The notes under the pieces were generated by a model that did not search any database, was not told the origin of the DNA, and worked only from the letters and a program-made list of their open reading frames with translations. Of a DNA stretch of 64,000 nt, positions 1 through 13,043 are shown in pieces (the first letter of the stretch is position 1; the number at the start of each line of letters is the position of its first letter). This stretch comes from Blasia pusilla (taxonomy: Eukaryota), in NCBI GenBank assembly GCA_050084515.1, contig CM114271.1, forward strand, positions 44,392,001 to 44,456,000, written 5' to 3'. A program made the position numbers and the translations under genes.

Positions 1-699
1 TGTATTCCAACTGTTACTTTTTAGAACTTTTTGCTATAATTCTACACACTTACATGACAATTATACAAACTTGCTCTATCCATACAGATTTATTTTTGTT
101 TTCTTATTTGTGTCATATTACTGCACTATTGAAGATTTGCTTCCTTTCATTCAATTTCATTTTTTCCCTCTCAAAGTTCTGCTTTCCTCCACTATATCTA
201 ATTATCATTTATACATTTCATTTCTCATGTACACTGCTTGAAATCTGCCACATTTACTCAAGATCACATTTTCAATAGAGATGCAAAATTGCATGATCAT
301 AAATTACATTTCCTAAGTATCTCTTCAATATGTTCTACAAAAGTTCAATTTATTTTCACATTAAAGCTTCCTCACTCTACAAGTGATTTCTTATATATTT
401 TAACTCCACAATTATTTTACTCATATCTAAATAAATGTACAACATTCCTTCATACAAAAGTGTTCACCATAAATTTTCTTACATACTCAAAAGACATAAG
501 AGATAAATTTGTCCAAGTTTATTTTTTTAACCTTATCATTCATATTTCCATCATCGGATCCATTCATATTCTATTCACATATTCCATTTCTTTACTATTG
601 GACTTAACAAAACTTGTCCATTTAGAATACTCTACACGCTACTCACACTAAAATCATTTCTATAACCCCTTTAGGCCGCACACTAGTTTAAGTGTAATT

Positions 700-1050
700 G
701 CCTTTCCATTTTGGTAAATTAGTGTTTGACCTACTATTATAGGTTAGGGTTGGGAAAGTGACTTGTGTGCAAAGATCACCAACGAAAGAGTTTAAGGAGA
801 GGAAAATATATACCCAAGAAGAATGAGTTTGGGAGCTCATTCTCTTTGTTGAACCTCCTGTCACGAGATGGCCAAGCTATGATCTTTATTGTCTTGTGAG
901 TAACTCAAGCCTCTTATGAGAAGAGTGGGTTTGGTTAAGAGAGAAAAAAAAAAGCAATTTTGATTTATCCCATTTAATTCGAGATATTTGGTACATGAAA
1001 GTCTATGCGCATAACATGAATCAGTACGACATCTCGTATTTATGCGTGCG
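700..1050 (+). repeat. Degenerate solo A-B terminal unit of the split-repeat retrotransposon group
   Basis: Patchy similarity to repeat A of the 2323 element (e.g. cttgtgagtaactcaagcctcttatgagaagagtgggtttgg vs 2715-2760), then gagatatttggtac, like the start of repeat B. Boundaries approximate. Confidence 0.45.
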
Positions 1051-1541
1051 TGAAAGGTAATAGCAATATATGTTGTGTAGTGATAGGTATGTCCTCAACA
1101 CATTTCTTACTCTACTCTACTTCTTTCTACTACACTCTCAACCACTATTCTAACTACACACTCCACCTTATGCATGTAAAGATACAACCCCAAGGTGAAC
1201 ACTTTGCCCTCGCCCTACGTTGGATCTTGATGCACTTTTTGCTCATGTTACGCCTCTAGCTTTGTGTTGTGCCTCTACTTCTATGTTTGGTCTCTAGTTG
1301 TACTCCCATACCCGTTGGTTGTTAGTTATGATTATCCTCTTGCTCTTATGTAGGTCTGTTATCTTTGACTACATGATTGCATTTCTATCCTTGTGACACT
1401 CATTGGATTTTTATTTAGTTACTCTGCTATTTCTTCATACAAACTGAGGGCTTAATCATGCTTAGTTCTGCATGTTTGCTTCTTGCAGGGCTTGCAGCTC
1501 AAGTTTTATCACCAAAGCTCATCTTGGTGCTCGCCCTTTGC

Positions 1542-1544
<3 letters not shown>

Positions 1545-1604
<60 letters not shown>
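1545..1604 (+). repeat. (AG)n microsatellite
   Basis: Perfect AG dinucleotide run. Confidence 0.98.
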
Positions 1605-1608
<4 letters not shown>

Positions 1609-4469
1609 TGATAGGTCTTGAAATTGTTGAAAATTCTTTGGCCAAGGAGACCTATTGAAAGAGAGTGGAATTGAGGGGAAGAGAGACTACGACTAGGGTC
1701 CCCAAAGAGATTAGTAAGTAGTTATGTGATTCTTGTATGGGATCAATAATGTTCAACATTTGATTTCTAGTACAGATCATGATAGATCTCCAAGTTGATC
1801 TCACGAAGATCTAATTTTTAATGTTAACCACGTCCGCCTAAGTCTTTGCAAGCTATATAGTCAATTTGACTTTTTGGTATTCTATATTCCTATTGTGACA
1901 TATTTTGGAACTTCCCTTTGATCTACCAAGCTTGTCATACATTTGAACTCTTGATCCTCGTCTCTAGATAGAACTATGTAGCCAAAGCCTATTCTAGAGT
2001 TGAGAAGTTGCTAAAGAGTCAAACTTGAGCCGTTTGGATCTATTTCCTTTTGAGGTTTGTTTGGAGCATCAAGGTCTTGATCAAATCCAAAGGCTTCACA
2101 AGGGACAAGTAGTATTCCTAATCCAACAAGTTCAAATTTTTTTATGAGTTGGAACTTATTAAAGGGTTTTACTCTAGAGTTATATCTCCAAGTCTTACAA
2201 AAAAATCTTATAAGGGACTTCAAGGATTTGATTTTAAAATGCATTATGGTGTGCCATCTCCAAGTTTGATACAATACTCCTTGCATTGACATGTTGAGGA
2301 GTATTCAAGACGTTGAAGATTTTGTCACGACTTTTAGGATAGATCGGCGAGATCTAGTAGAATGCCTTCAGGGATACTGGAGGACAGCCTTAGGAGATCA
2401 AGGATGACCTATTGAGGCCATGGATAATCTGCGAGAGCAGATTTTCCCTTCGTTTCGGCTCATTTGGAGCCATATAGAGAACTTACTATTTTGGGTAACT
2501 TTCCATTTGGTGCATAGTTGACTTTCCACTTTGGGAAGTGGCCTTTGACCCGCTACAGCGGGTCAGGAGCCAAGGAGGTGACCTGCAAGCATATGCTACC
2601 AAGGGGAGAGCGTGGAAGAGGGAAGGGGGTATACCTCAAGGAGGGAGAGCTGGAGACCTCATTCTCTCTTTGTTAAACCACTTGGCAAGAGGCAGAGTAG
2701 CTATGGTCTCTTGCCTTGTGAGTGTAACCCAAGCCTCTCATTAGGAGAGTGGGTTTTGTTTGACGTTGAAAGAGACATGTGAGAGTGCACACATTTGAGA
2801 GCTATGGTGTTGAGAGAGATGAGATCTTATTTTACAAAGAGAGAATGAGTGAGTGACAGAGCTTCATGGGGGAGCTCGATGGTTGCTCAATGTGTGTTGC
2901 AGGTTGGGGGACCATGTTTCTCGCTTCATGGCTCATGGGAGTGCTCATCGGAGCAAGAGCCGTGTGAGTTTGCTATTTTTCTTTGCTGATTTTCGTACGG
3001 GAGAGTGGCATGCGGAAGCGCTGCCCAGTTTTTTTTATAGGAATTGAGTATGCAAGCGGATTGCTCCATGCTAGTGCTCTTGGGAGCACCGTGTAGCTTG
3101 CTGGTTTGTTTTGTGGCACGTTTTCAATTTCTGTGGGAAGAAATCAACGCGGAAGCGCTGTTAAAATTTCTGTAGGAGAAGAGACATTGGGATTTACGAC
3201 AATCCCTGTCAGTTTTTTTTGGAAGGTCCCCGTACGACAGTTATCCTCGTATGACAATCCCCGTCAATTTTTATCCCCATCAAAATAATTTTTGACGCCG
3301 TCGTAGATCGTGAAGTTGTACACGTTGTACAACAAACGGTACGCAATTTGGAGCTGCGAGCAAAAAGATATGGCCGATTTTGCAATTTGCCAATTTTTAG
3401 GGTGAAAAAATCCAAACCCTAAACCAGCTACCACCGTCGTTGTCCGCTCCGTTCGCGTCTGCGTCGCCGCTACCGCTTGTTGCGGTTGCCGTTGTCAGTT
3501 ATTGTTGCCGCCATCACCGTTGCTTGCCGCTACTGTCACCACCACCGCCGTTGTTAATTTCCATTATGGTGGCCAACACGAGTTGTCGTTGCCGCCACCC
3601 TTGGTCAAGACCACAACCAGTCACCACCACCATATAAGGGCGGGTAGGGCCGCCACTGCCGTACTTTTATGTATAAGTCTTTGTCACTCGTTAACTTGCA
3701 ACTCTGATAAGGTGACCTTTCTGGATCCATGGGATCGCAGTTTCTTTTCCATTTTGCTATATTGTGATTGATAGCCGCTCGAGGACGATCGAATACCGTG
3801 CCGTGATGCCCGTAGCCGCAACGGGTCGCCAATTGCCGCGTTGTGCCGCTCGTGGCCGCACCCCACCGTCTTGATTGCGGAGCCGCACCATCACTAGGAG
3901 CTGATTATGTTTTGTTGACTGAGGAAGGTATGCCGTCAAGTGCCGCACTCCATTCCTGAGTACTGTGCCGTTTGTAGCAGTTCCATGCCGCCAGTGCTGT
4001 ACTGTTTCATTGGACTTGCATCACACATCGAGGAGATGTGAGCATCGTCAGTACCGAGGGAGTACGACTTGCTATTTGGAGGAGTTTGTATTCACAATCG
4101 AGCTAGGATCGAGATTTGCAGTTGCAAAGGAGCGACATCGACATTATTATCAGGTTACCCATTCTGGTCTCTTACCCTGCACATTAAGGGAATTCCGGGT
4201 ATTGGACAGTTATTTGGGATATTGGGTTTCGTGCAGATACTGAGAGCATCGTTGATGTATGGATTTAGGGGACATACACTTGTGTGGGATGTCCAAAGTT
4301 GAGGGTATATCCTATCGATGAGATGATAAGACAGTACTCTATTTTCCGCACCACGTCGCTTGTTGCCGCACAACACATGTCTTAGTGACAAAGTGTGGAT
4401 TGAGTGTCATCTGTTTAAGTGAGTTCTTGAGTGATTACTCGTGAGGTTGAGAGTGATCGTGTGAGGGGG

Positions 4470-7400
4470 GCATGAGGGTCATCACAGCATCCCTTCAGGA
4501 CTTTGAGAGGCAAGGTGGTGGATCTGAGAGTAGCTCTAGAGGGTTGACCCAGAGTGGTGCGAGGTTTCAAGAGTCTCCACGTGAGAGGCCACTTTGATCT
4601 CCTTCTGTGACGTCTTCAGACGAGGAGGAGAGTGTAGAGGAGTGTATTAGTGATCCACCGCACACATTGCGTGGTCCTACCAGTTGGGCGTACGAGATGG
4701 ATGATTGGGATAGAGGACCGCGTAAGTTTTTGGGTGCTATAGGCACTATAGAGTTACATGACTTCATTGCAGAGTTAGGAGTTGGTATGACTCACATCGC
4801 GCTCGAAACTCCAGAGAGTTCAACCCGTTTACAACATGAAACGGAATGTTCCAGCATTTAGAGGGGGCAACCATGGACGATTACCATGAGTTCTCGTAGA
4901 GATATGCCCATGAGATTGAGGGGTGGAGACTCTACTATGATCCACACTATGTGTCATGGACTTAGCCGTTTCCAGACGAGGAGCAGAAGTCAGAAGAGGA
5001 TTCCTCCACCAATGATGTTGTAGAAGAGGATTCCTCCACCAATTGGAGCAGTTGCATCATCCACTCGTCCTAGGTTCAACCCTGTGGTTGAGTTCTTCGC
5101 TTAGTTGAGGACGAGCTACCAGGTGGTACAGACGGAGAAGTTGCGGATCATCCACGACATCCAGAGGCGTCCGGGTGAGAGTTTGAGTGAGGCCTGCACC
5201 TGCTTGCGCCGGTTGATTAACGTCACTCAAGGGGTGACACAGGCCCAAGCTATCCAATCATGGTACGCGATGTTGGACCGAATCCTACGGACACGGGTGC
5301 CAGAAGGGGTGCTTCTTAGGAACATTTCCCCTACGTTGAGAGATGTTTTTAGGACTGCCGAGAATATTGAGCGCAACATGGCAGAGGAGACCGTAGCCAT
5401 TATAGATTCTCGGCGAGAGTAGTCACGATTGTCTGCACCATTAGTGTAGCAACGTGGATTTCGAGATAGGTCTGTGCCACCATGAGCTCAGGGAGTATAC
5501 CGGGAGGCCGTGCCGTAGAGACCTATGCCTTCATATGTGGCTCACCAGTAGCCGCCTACGATTACTTGTTGGTCGTGTGGTGGAGCCCATCATCAGCGCA
5601 ATTGCACTCTTTAGGATCATGGACGCGTGCCTTAGCATGGAGGAGGAGATAATGTTGCACCAAGAGATTATCAGTGTGACTATTTTCAGAGGTTCGCTCA
5701 CACACGCGCCATGTGTTTCAGCTTGCATCCTGAGTTATGCTTGGATCGAGGGCCATAGAAGGCACCACAGCAAGTTGCCGGTCCGAGAGGGCCTAGAGAT
5801 CGTGCACCATGTGGTCCCGTTGGAGGCCGAGGAGTTGGATTCGCCCGAGGGGATGTAGTTGCCCGTGGATGAGATAAAGTCCCACCACCTAGACGCGTGG
5901 AGGAAGACGTCGGGCGTGAGGCTGGGATGGCTGCTCAGATACAACAGCTACAACATCAGATTGCCGCTATAGCATTTAGGTTACCCAATGTCGGATTTGT
6001 GGCATCGACGTCTTATGGAGCCGCGAGAGATATGGAGGATCCTAGTTGGATGTGTGGGGTTGCCCAAATGGAGGCCGTCGGAGTTGTTATGCATGGAGGA
6101 GTCGTAGAGTTAGATCCACAGCAAGGAGAAGCCAAGAAACAGACCAGATTTTCTCAGTCCTTCACATTGTCCGAGGCGATGAGGACCCCATCGATGGATC
6201 CTGATCAGAGTTCTCGGAGAGTTGGTGATGTTGTTGGTGTGCAAGCACAGAGGGCGATGGAAGAAGCAAGTGCAACGACTCCTATTACTGATGCTCAGAG
6301 GAGCATTTGTCGAGTACATTATTGGGGCGGCAACTATTGTGTATCGTGCTTCTTTATTTTCTGCTTCGATGTTATGACGTTGGGAGGTACGCCCACCGAG
6401 GGTTTTTTGGCTGGCCGCTACGCTATGTGAGCGTGGAGTTGGAGTTCCTACATCACGTTCAGAGATAATTGCGGAGAAGATGATGGACCTGCCCTTGGAG
6501 CCGATGCTTGAGCCGTCCACATCACATTCATGGCAGGCTGCGACTTCTAGGATGGCGGAGATGCCCGCTAGACTTGCGATAGAGCATGCCATGGTTTCTC
6601 CTGATGTTGTGTTGCTGGGTAACCGGAGAGAGGTCTTCCAGTTGGTGAGTCCTGGAGGTACAGCTTTTAGTCCGCAGCGCATCTTGTTGGATTCAGGAGC
6701 GCAACCCCTAATATTTGGAAAAGCGGCATTCAAAGGATTGGGCTTCACGAGAGTCGATATGGAGCGTTGTCCATTCCGGATACATACATCCTTGGGTGGA
6801 GCAAATACCACACATTATATTACCGACATGATGTCGTGGTGAGGATTCATCTGGGACATCCTACATATGAGTTTGTGGTGGCCAAGGCGATAGTTACTAA
6901 TGTAGAGTCCTACGACGTCTAGGTTGATGGAGCAGTGTTGTACACGATGGGATTTTCTCTGGATTACTGGGAGGGGTCAGCATCCTACAGACCAAGATGG
7001 AAGTCCGGTGATGGACGACTTTGTTCATTACCTATTTGATTTATAGGTGCAATGATCGAGCGACGGCCAGAAGAGATGGCGACCTTAGCAGCATTTAGCA
7101 ACGCCATCACTTGGCATAGTGATTTGATTGAGGAACATGTCCATGCAGAGAACACTCTCATTCTTGACATTTCTATGGAGATGAGTGTCATAGTAGCCGC
7201 ATCAGTCCGTGGAGGAGAGGTGCCTCTTTGGGGTTCGATTGAGGAGCTTCGACGCTTCACCATGTGGCGTAGTTATGCCTCTGGTTCCATGCCTTGTTGT
7301 TTGCATCCTCTATCCTGGGTTACGAGAGTTCCCTATCGAGGGACATTTCATTATTGGGGACGCAAGACTTGGAGCAGGTAGGGACCATAGATTTGGTCAT

Positions 7401-10400
7401 TACAAATTGGACGTATCAGGGCCAATCGAGTGCTAGATGAGGTAGCGGGTTAGCATACTCTCGGTCCAGGTTGTTTTGGGAGATGATGCGGATTTTGCGA
7501 TATTTACAGGAGCATCAGTCCCGATCTCCAACATATATTCTGGAGAATGTGCCGATTTAGGGCGAATCGCGATCCCGCGTGGTGACGAATGCACACCATG
7601 TGAGCGCATAGATAGGCCCGGTAGTGTTGCTGGATGTAGCGGGTGTAGTTTCACGAGTACATCGCCCATGGCTTTGGTGGACCAACTTAATGCCCCATGA
7701 GATTTTGCGGAGGGTGTATGCGAGAATGGAACATCCCTCCGATTTATTGGTGGATTCTATCATGGATTTAGGTCGTCGATCATAAGCAGTGAGGCACAAT
7801 GATCGACCGCCGCTGACTGTGGTCAATAAGATTGGCATGCCACGGGCAATCTTTCCCACATTGGTGAGTTTTCCTACTTCCTATGCATTCAAGGAGGTCA
7901 GACCTAGCTTGGTTTGGGATGACCAGGTACACGGTTGGTGGAGCCTAACGCCGATGAGCGTGAGCGAACAATGAGATTTCCCACATGAGTGACGACAATA
8001 TCGTCACTATCAGAGGCATCACGATGTCATGTCTTAGGTCATGCGATGGACCTGAACTGCTTGACATAGATTTTTCAGATTAGAAGTAGCTGAGCAGCGT
8101 CGTTTGCAGATGCGATAGATCACAGTTGTTGCGTTGGTGAGCCCCATGCCTACCCAGACGGTTGAGGAAGTGGTTGGGGGCAAGATCTGAGGAGATCGAC
8201 ACAGCATGGATGATTAGGAGAGACATCTTTGGACTTTGGGATGTTTTGCAGGTAGGCCAGAAGATAGTAGCCACAGCATTGAGCATCGTTTTTGGTACTG
8301 CACATAGAGATCTGATTTTACAGTCGACTGTAGGGGAGCAGTCGAGTTTTGTTGCAAGACGGGGTTGCACCATAGAAACCATCTACACCCGCGCTGGAGA
8401 GTTGTGCGGTAGTCACGATGGAGACTTGATAGCAAGATATGGACCCTAAGTTGACAGGAGGAGAGCGGCGCCGGATACATCAATTCGTGAGCACTTATAG
8501 GAGTTTTTTTACATTTAGCATGCATGATTTGGGTACGCTGAAGTGTCCAGAGATCCACATTGAGTTGTCGAGTGACACGCCGATCTTCCGAAGACCTTAC
8601 AGGTACAGGGACATGGAGAGGGCTCTGATTCAGAGTAGGAGACAAGACTTGGTTGGAGGAGAACTATTGGAGATATCGCATGGAGAATATGCATCTGCCA
8701 CTGTCATGTCCGTCAAGTGTAGCTCGTATGAGGGTGAGTGCTTGTTGCGGTGTGGACTTTCGCATATTTTAGATGTTATTTATTCGGCAACCCCTTTATT
8801 ATTATTACTGATCATTAGCCACTTAAGTGGTTCATGGACTCCGACAAGCTTACAGGGAAGCTTGCGAGGTGAGCTCTTTTGTTGCAGGAGTATGACTTTC
8901 AGGTAGTGCATAGACCTGAGATGCTCTACCATTATGCATATGATTTGAGCCGTAACCCAGGCCCGAGTTAGCGAAATGCGATTGGAGCTCGTTGGCACTG
9001 TGAGAGTGATGAGGAGTTTCGTTCCAGGATGGCCCGCGTTAGTCTGTTTGGGTTTGTTGGCTATGGAGAGCCTGATTGCTGAGACTTCAATGATGAGGTT
9101 TGATGGAGAGTTCTTAGATCCAAAGGTTGGCGAGGAGACGACAGGTGGCCGAGACATTCACGATGATGGAGTGGTCTTGGAGTACTTACGTACGGGCAAC
9201 GTCGCGAGCACAATGGGTGCTAGAGAGCAAGATCAGATCTTACAACAAGCCAAATGGTTCCAATGGGAGGGGACACATATGTTGCGAGTTTTGGAGAATG
9301 GTAGAATGCGTGTAGTGCCTCATCCTTTGTAGAGAGTACGTTTGGTGCATCATGCCCACAAGGAGTTGGATCATTTTGGAGTGAAGCGGACATACAACTT
9401 GCTCTAGAGACATTATTGGTGGTGAGGCATGCAGACTGACGTTCAACAATTTATTGCTAGGTGTATGGTTTGTGATCGGGTCCGAGCATCGTTCAATGCT
9501 CCAACTCCACAGTCACATCCACTTCCGATCATGGGTTTAGGTTATAAATGGAGTTTGGATTTTGCAGGACCTTTGTCTTTGACGGAGGGCCATACTCGTT
9601 ACGTGTTGGTGATGGTCGAGCACTTCTCAAAATGGATAGAGTTGGTTACATTGCCTGACAAAGCGAGTGAGGGAGTAGCGTATGCCTTCCTAGATCAAAT
9701 GTTGAGTTATTATGGCACACCAGTTGAGATATTAAAAGACCAAGATACAAAGTTTCGCGGGGAGTTTCAAGCCTTCGCTGATCAGGCGCTGATCGACCAC
9801 TGCACCACTTTGCGGGATCATCCTGAGACGGATGGACTAACAGAGAGGGTTGTGCATACGATGAAGAGAGGATTACGCAAGTATGGCTTGTAGAGAGGTC
9901 ACCTAGCAGATTGGGACCTTCAATTTTCGTGATTAGCAATGGGATACAAATTCAGCAAATAGACATCCTTAGCGTTTTTCTCATCGTATTTGTTGTTTTA
10001 TGGCTGAGAGCCAGATTTACTTACGGCCATTTGTCGAGATGTTGGTGAGGTGTTGAACCTTGATGACCTTGATGTATGGATGCAAGCATGTTCTAAGAGG
10101 GTTGAGTTATTTTGGATAGTGATGCCCATGGTGTTTGAGAACTTGGCGATTGCGCTTCATTGGGATACGTTGAGATATACGACTATTTGGGGAGGTGGTT
10201 ATAGATCTAATATCTGGAGGTTTCATCAAGGAGACTCTGTCTACTTGCAACAGACATCATTCAAAATGTTGGATGTTACTGTAGGGCGCACCATCTTGAG
10301 AGTGTATGAAGTTTTGTCATCCGCTGTTCTCTTATTGGAGGGACGCGAATGTATGGTTTGGAAGGACCATGTGCGTAACTATGCGCCATGTCATCTTCCG

Positions 10401-10604
10401 AACATTAACGATACAGTTGATCCGAGCTTAGCGGTAGTTCTTGGAGGCTTGCGATGTATGTTGTGTGGTTCTGCCCGTGGTGCAATTACTATGTTAATAT
10501 GTGATGGGTGTTCGAGAGGATGGCATATGGCATGTCTGACGCCACCTCTCACTAAGATTCTTGAAAGACGACGGATGTGTCCCAGATATACATATAGTAG
10601 GTAG
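4470..10604 (+). pseudogene. E1 gag-pol remnant (Gag, PR, partial DNMT, RT largely deleted, RNase H tail, IN, PHD)
   Basis: Fragmented ORFs 4607-5422 (gag), 6480-6842 (PR DSG), 8439-8906 (RT N-term fused to RNase H tail by a deletion at ~8715), 9429-9893 (IN core), 10050-10604 (IN C-term plus CMLC..LICDGCSRGWHMACL..MC PHD). Many stops and frameshifts. Confidence 0.85.
7262..8080 (+). pseudogene. E1 C5-cytosine methyltransferase remnant, motif I deleted
   Basis: Reads IDLVITNWTYQGQ (decayed motif IV, ~7388), YILENVP (motif VI, ~7534), LWWTNL (motif VIII) and ASRCHVLGHAMDLNCL (motif X). Motif I is missing relative to the copies at 44990 and 51950. Confidence 0.75.
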
Positions 10605-11562
10605 TTCTAGATTTTGACTTGTGTCTATAACATGGATGACAAGAAGGCCACTAAGAATGGGACCACATGAGCACAAGGCCTTTTTGCTTTTAGTGTCCGA
10701 GAGATGTATGTCATGATAGGTAGGGATAGATGATTATCTAGAGTTAGAGGGACCTAATCATCAGCTAGAGGGACGATTGGAGATATTTTAGTACTTCTTG
10801 CCTCGTTGTTTGGATACATTAGTTAGCATGGGATCGTGCGTGTTTGTGTGTATGTTCGTTGACAACGATGTGTGTTGTGTATGCGCACGATAGTTGTCAC
10901 GACCTTTAGGATCGATGGGTGAGATCTAGTAGAGCGCCTTCGAGGATACTTGAGGACAACCTTAGGAGGGTGAGAATCATTTGTTGAGGCCATGGGTAAT
11001 CTGCGAGAACAGGTTTTCCCTTCGTTTCGGCTCATTTGGAACCATATAAAGAACTTACTATTTTTGGTAAGTTTCCATTTGGAGCACAATTGACTTTCCA
11101 ATTTTGAAAGTGGCCCTTGACTCGATACGGTAGGTCAAGAACCAAGGAGGTGACCTACAAGCATAGATTATCGAGGAGAGAACTTGAAAGAGGGAAGAGA
11201 ATATATCTCAAGTAGCGAGAGCTTAAGAGGCACGAAGCGACGGAGTTATGGTCCCTTGCCTTGTGAATGTAACTCAAGCCTCTCATGAGTTTGGTTTGAC
11301 ATTGAAAGAGACATATGAGAACTATGGTGTTGAAAGAAATGGGATTTTTTTTATTGGAGATATTTTAGTACTTCTTGTCCCGTAATTTGGATGTCATGAG
11401 TTAGGATGACATCGTGCATGTTTGTTGACAGCAATGTATATTATGCAACGATGTGTATACGTACGAATATTCTTCTTGAAACCTTATTCTCTTATGATGC
11501 TTAAGATTGAATATTACTCCAATTTTCAAGTTGATCCACCATAGTCCGCGCTCATTGGAATT

Positions 11563-12572
11563 TTTGCGACCCTCATAACCAAATAAACACCAAACAAACG
11601 CCAATCGAAATGTCATAATTTTAGTGGGCTCACGCTACGATGATTATGTTTTTGAGAGGTCTCTTGGAAAAATCCAAGAGACGAAATGCGCATTAGAGTT
11701 TGTACGTTTCATGCGTTTATGTTCGCAACCAAGAAACCTGGATCAAACGTGAACCAAGACTTGGGAGGAGTTAAATCTAAGAAGGTTGGTTGTCAAAGAG
11801 GTGAGAATCAGATTTGAAACTTGACTAGCGTTTGAGGATTTTAAATGTGTTCCGGACCATAACGTTTAGTCCTAAGATGCGTTTGGGACAAGTAAGATGG
11901 CGTTCGAAATATCATGCCAAGAAAATTACAACACACTAAAGATCTCAAAAAATGCTCAACAAAGCTTGAGATATTTGTTGAAAATGATTATGAGGAATCG
12001 TGTTGAGAGCCAAATAAACAGCCCGATTGTCTTTCCCTACATTTAAAGGGAAGGCAAAGATTCCCAAAATTACTAGTAAAGGGGAGTATCTCCAAAGATT
12101 CTTGGAATCCGAACCCCACTTTGAGCACCCAATGGCATCTTAAGGGCATAGGATGGAACGAGAATTTGGCGTTGGAATTCGAAACCCAAACCTAATCTAA
12201 GGGAGTGGATTTCATAAACCACATGGATTCCAACCCGTGATTCATTTTCATGAGTCGTGGTCAGAGACTCATTGGATGTGTATTGGACAGTCGGGACCTC
12301 CAAACATGCAAACGTCACTTGAAGTTCCTGAACTGACCATAAAGTCTATCTCAAGTCTTGAAAGACTTATCTGTATTATAAACCGCGAAACTAAGAAGAT
12401 TGAGATTTATAAGAGACCACGTCAAGAACTTAGAAATTTAGAATGTTGGTTGACCAAGACCCGACTCACATGAGTGTGTGTTTGGATGCAGATCACGATT
12501 GAAAACGTATTCTATTGAACGCACGCTTCCACAACAATAAAAATTTACGTTCAATAAAAGTAGGTGCAAGGA
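11563..12572 (+). mobile_element. Degenerate solo LTR related to the chromovirus at 37577-44969
   Basis: Collinear with the reverse complement of the LTR 37577-38606, from gcgaccctcataaccaaa... to gaacgcacgcttc...gtaggtgca. Same ~1-kb length; no internal domain adjacent. Confidence 0.8.
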
Positions 12573-13043
12573 AGGAACATCATATTATGATGGTGAAGTT
12601 TTTAGGGCTCTCTCATAAGTATTGGTACACTTGGAGATCTAACTCCATAGTGACTTTGTGATGAATTTACAATATCATAACCTTTTTCATCGAATTCTTG
12701 CCTTATGTTGATCTCTTAGTTATCTTCTTGATCAGTGTGAAATTGAGAAGAAGTTGAGAAGTAGTGATATTGATGTCTCTCCATGCAAACATAAGACAAC
12801 TTTTTGGTGATAGGGAAGAATAATGGTGTTGTTTCTTCAACCACAAGGGTTTATTCAAAACCCTAAGCCCCATGCAGCTTCACCTTACTGCTCCATGGGG
12901 TTCCTCGCATCCCAAAATTACTGCTTCCCCAAGTGGTAATTTGGGGAAGAAGAGAACCCCATGCAACAATAAGTTGTGAGTGTGGTAGTGCCTTTTATAA
13001 TACGTATGCCTTGCTTACAGGCATGAATATGCTTTGTGGTAAC

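Larger units (their letters stand above)
2323..11468 (+). mobile_element. Element E1: decayed Ty3/gypsy-type retrotransposon with DNMT and PHD domains and split direct repeats (A1 2323-~2835; B1 10776-10892; A2 10895-~11352; B2 11353-~11468)
   Basis: Starts TGTCACGAC at 2323 and the same ~0.5-kb repeat restarts at 10895. ATTGGAGATATTTTAGTACTTCTTG... occurs at 10776 and again at 11353. Internal gag, protease (ILLDSGAQPL), integrase (WSLDFAGP...VEHFSKW...DGLTER) and PHD remnants. Right end approximate. Confidence 0.85.

Noticed and set aside
1458-1658. ORF with RE repeat
   Set aside because: Translation of the (AG)n microsatellite.
2319-11472. Target-site duplication for E1
   Set aside because: The right end is too decayed to fix; attt/attc is possible but not secure.
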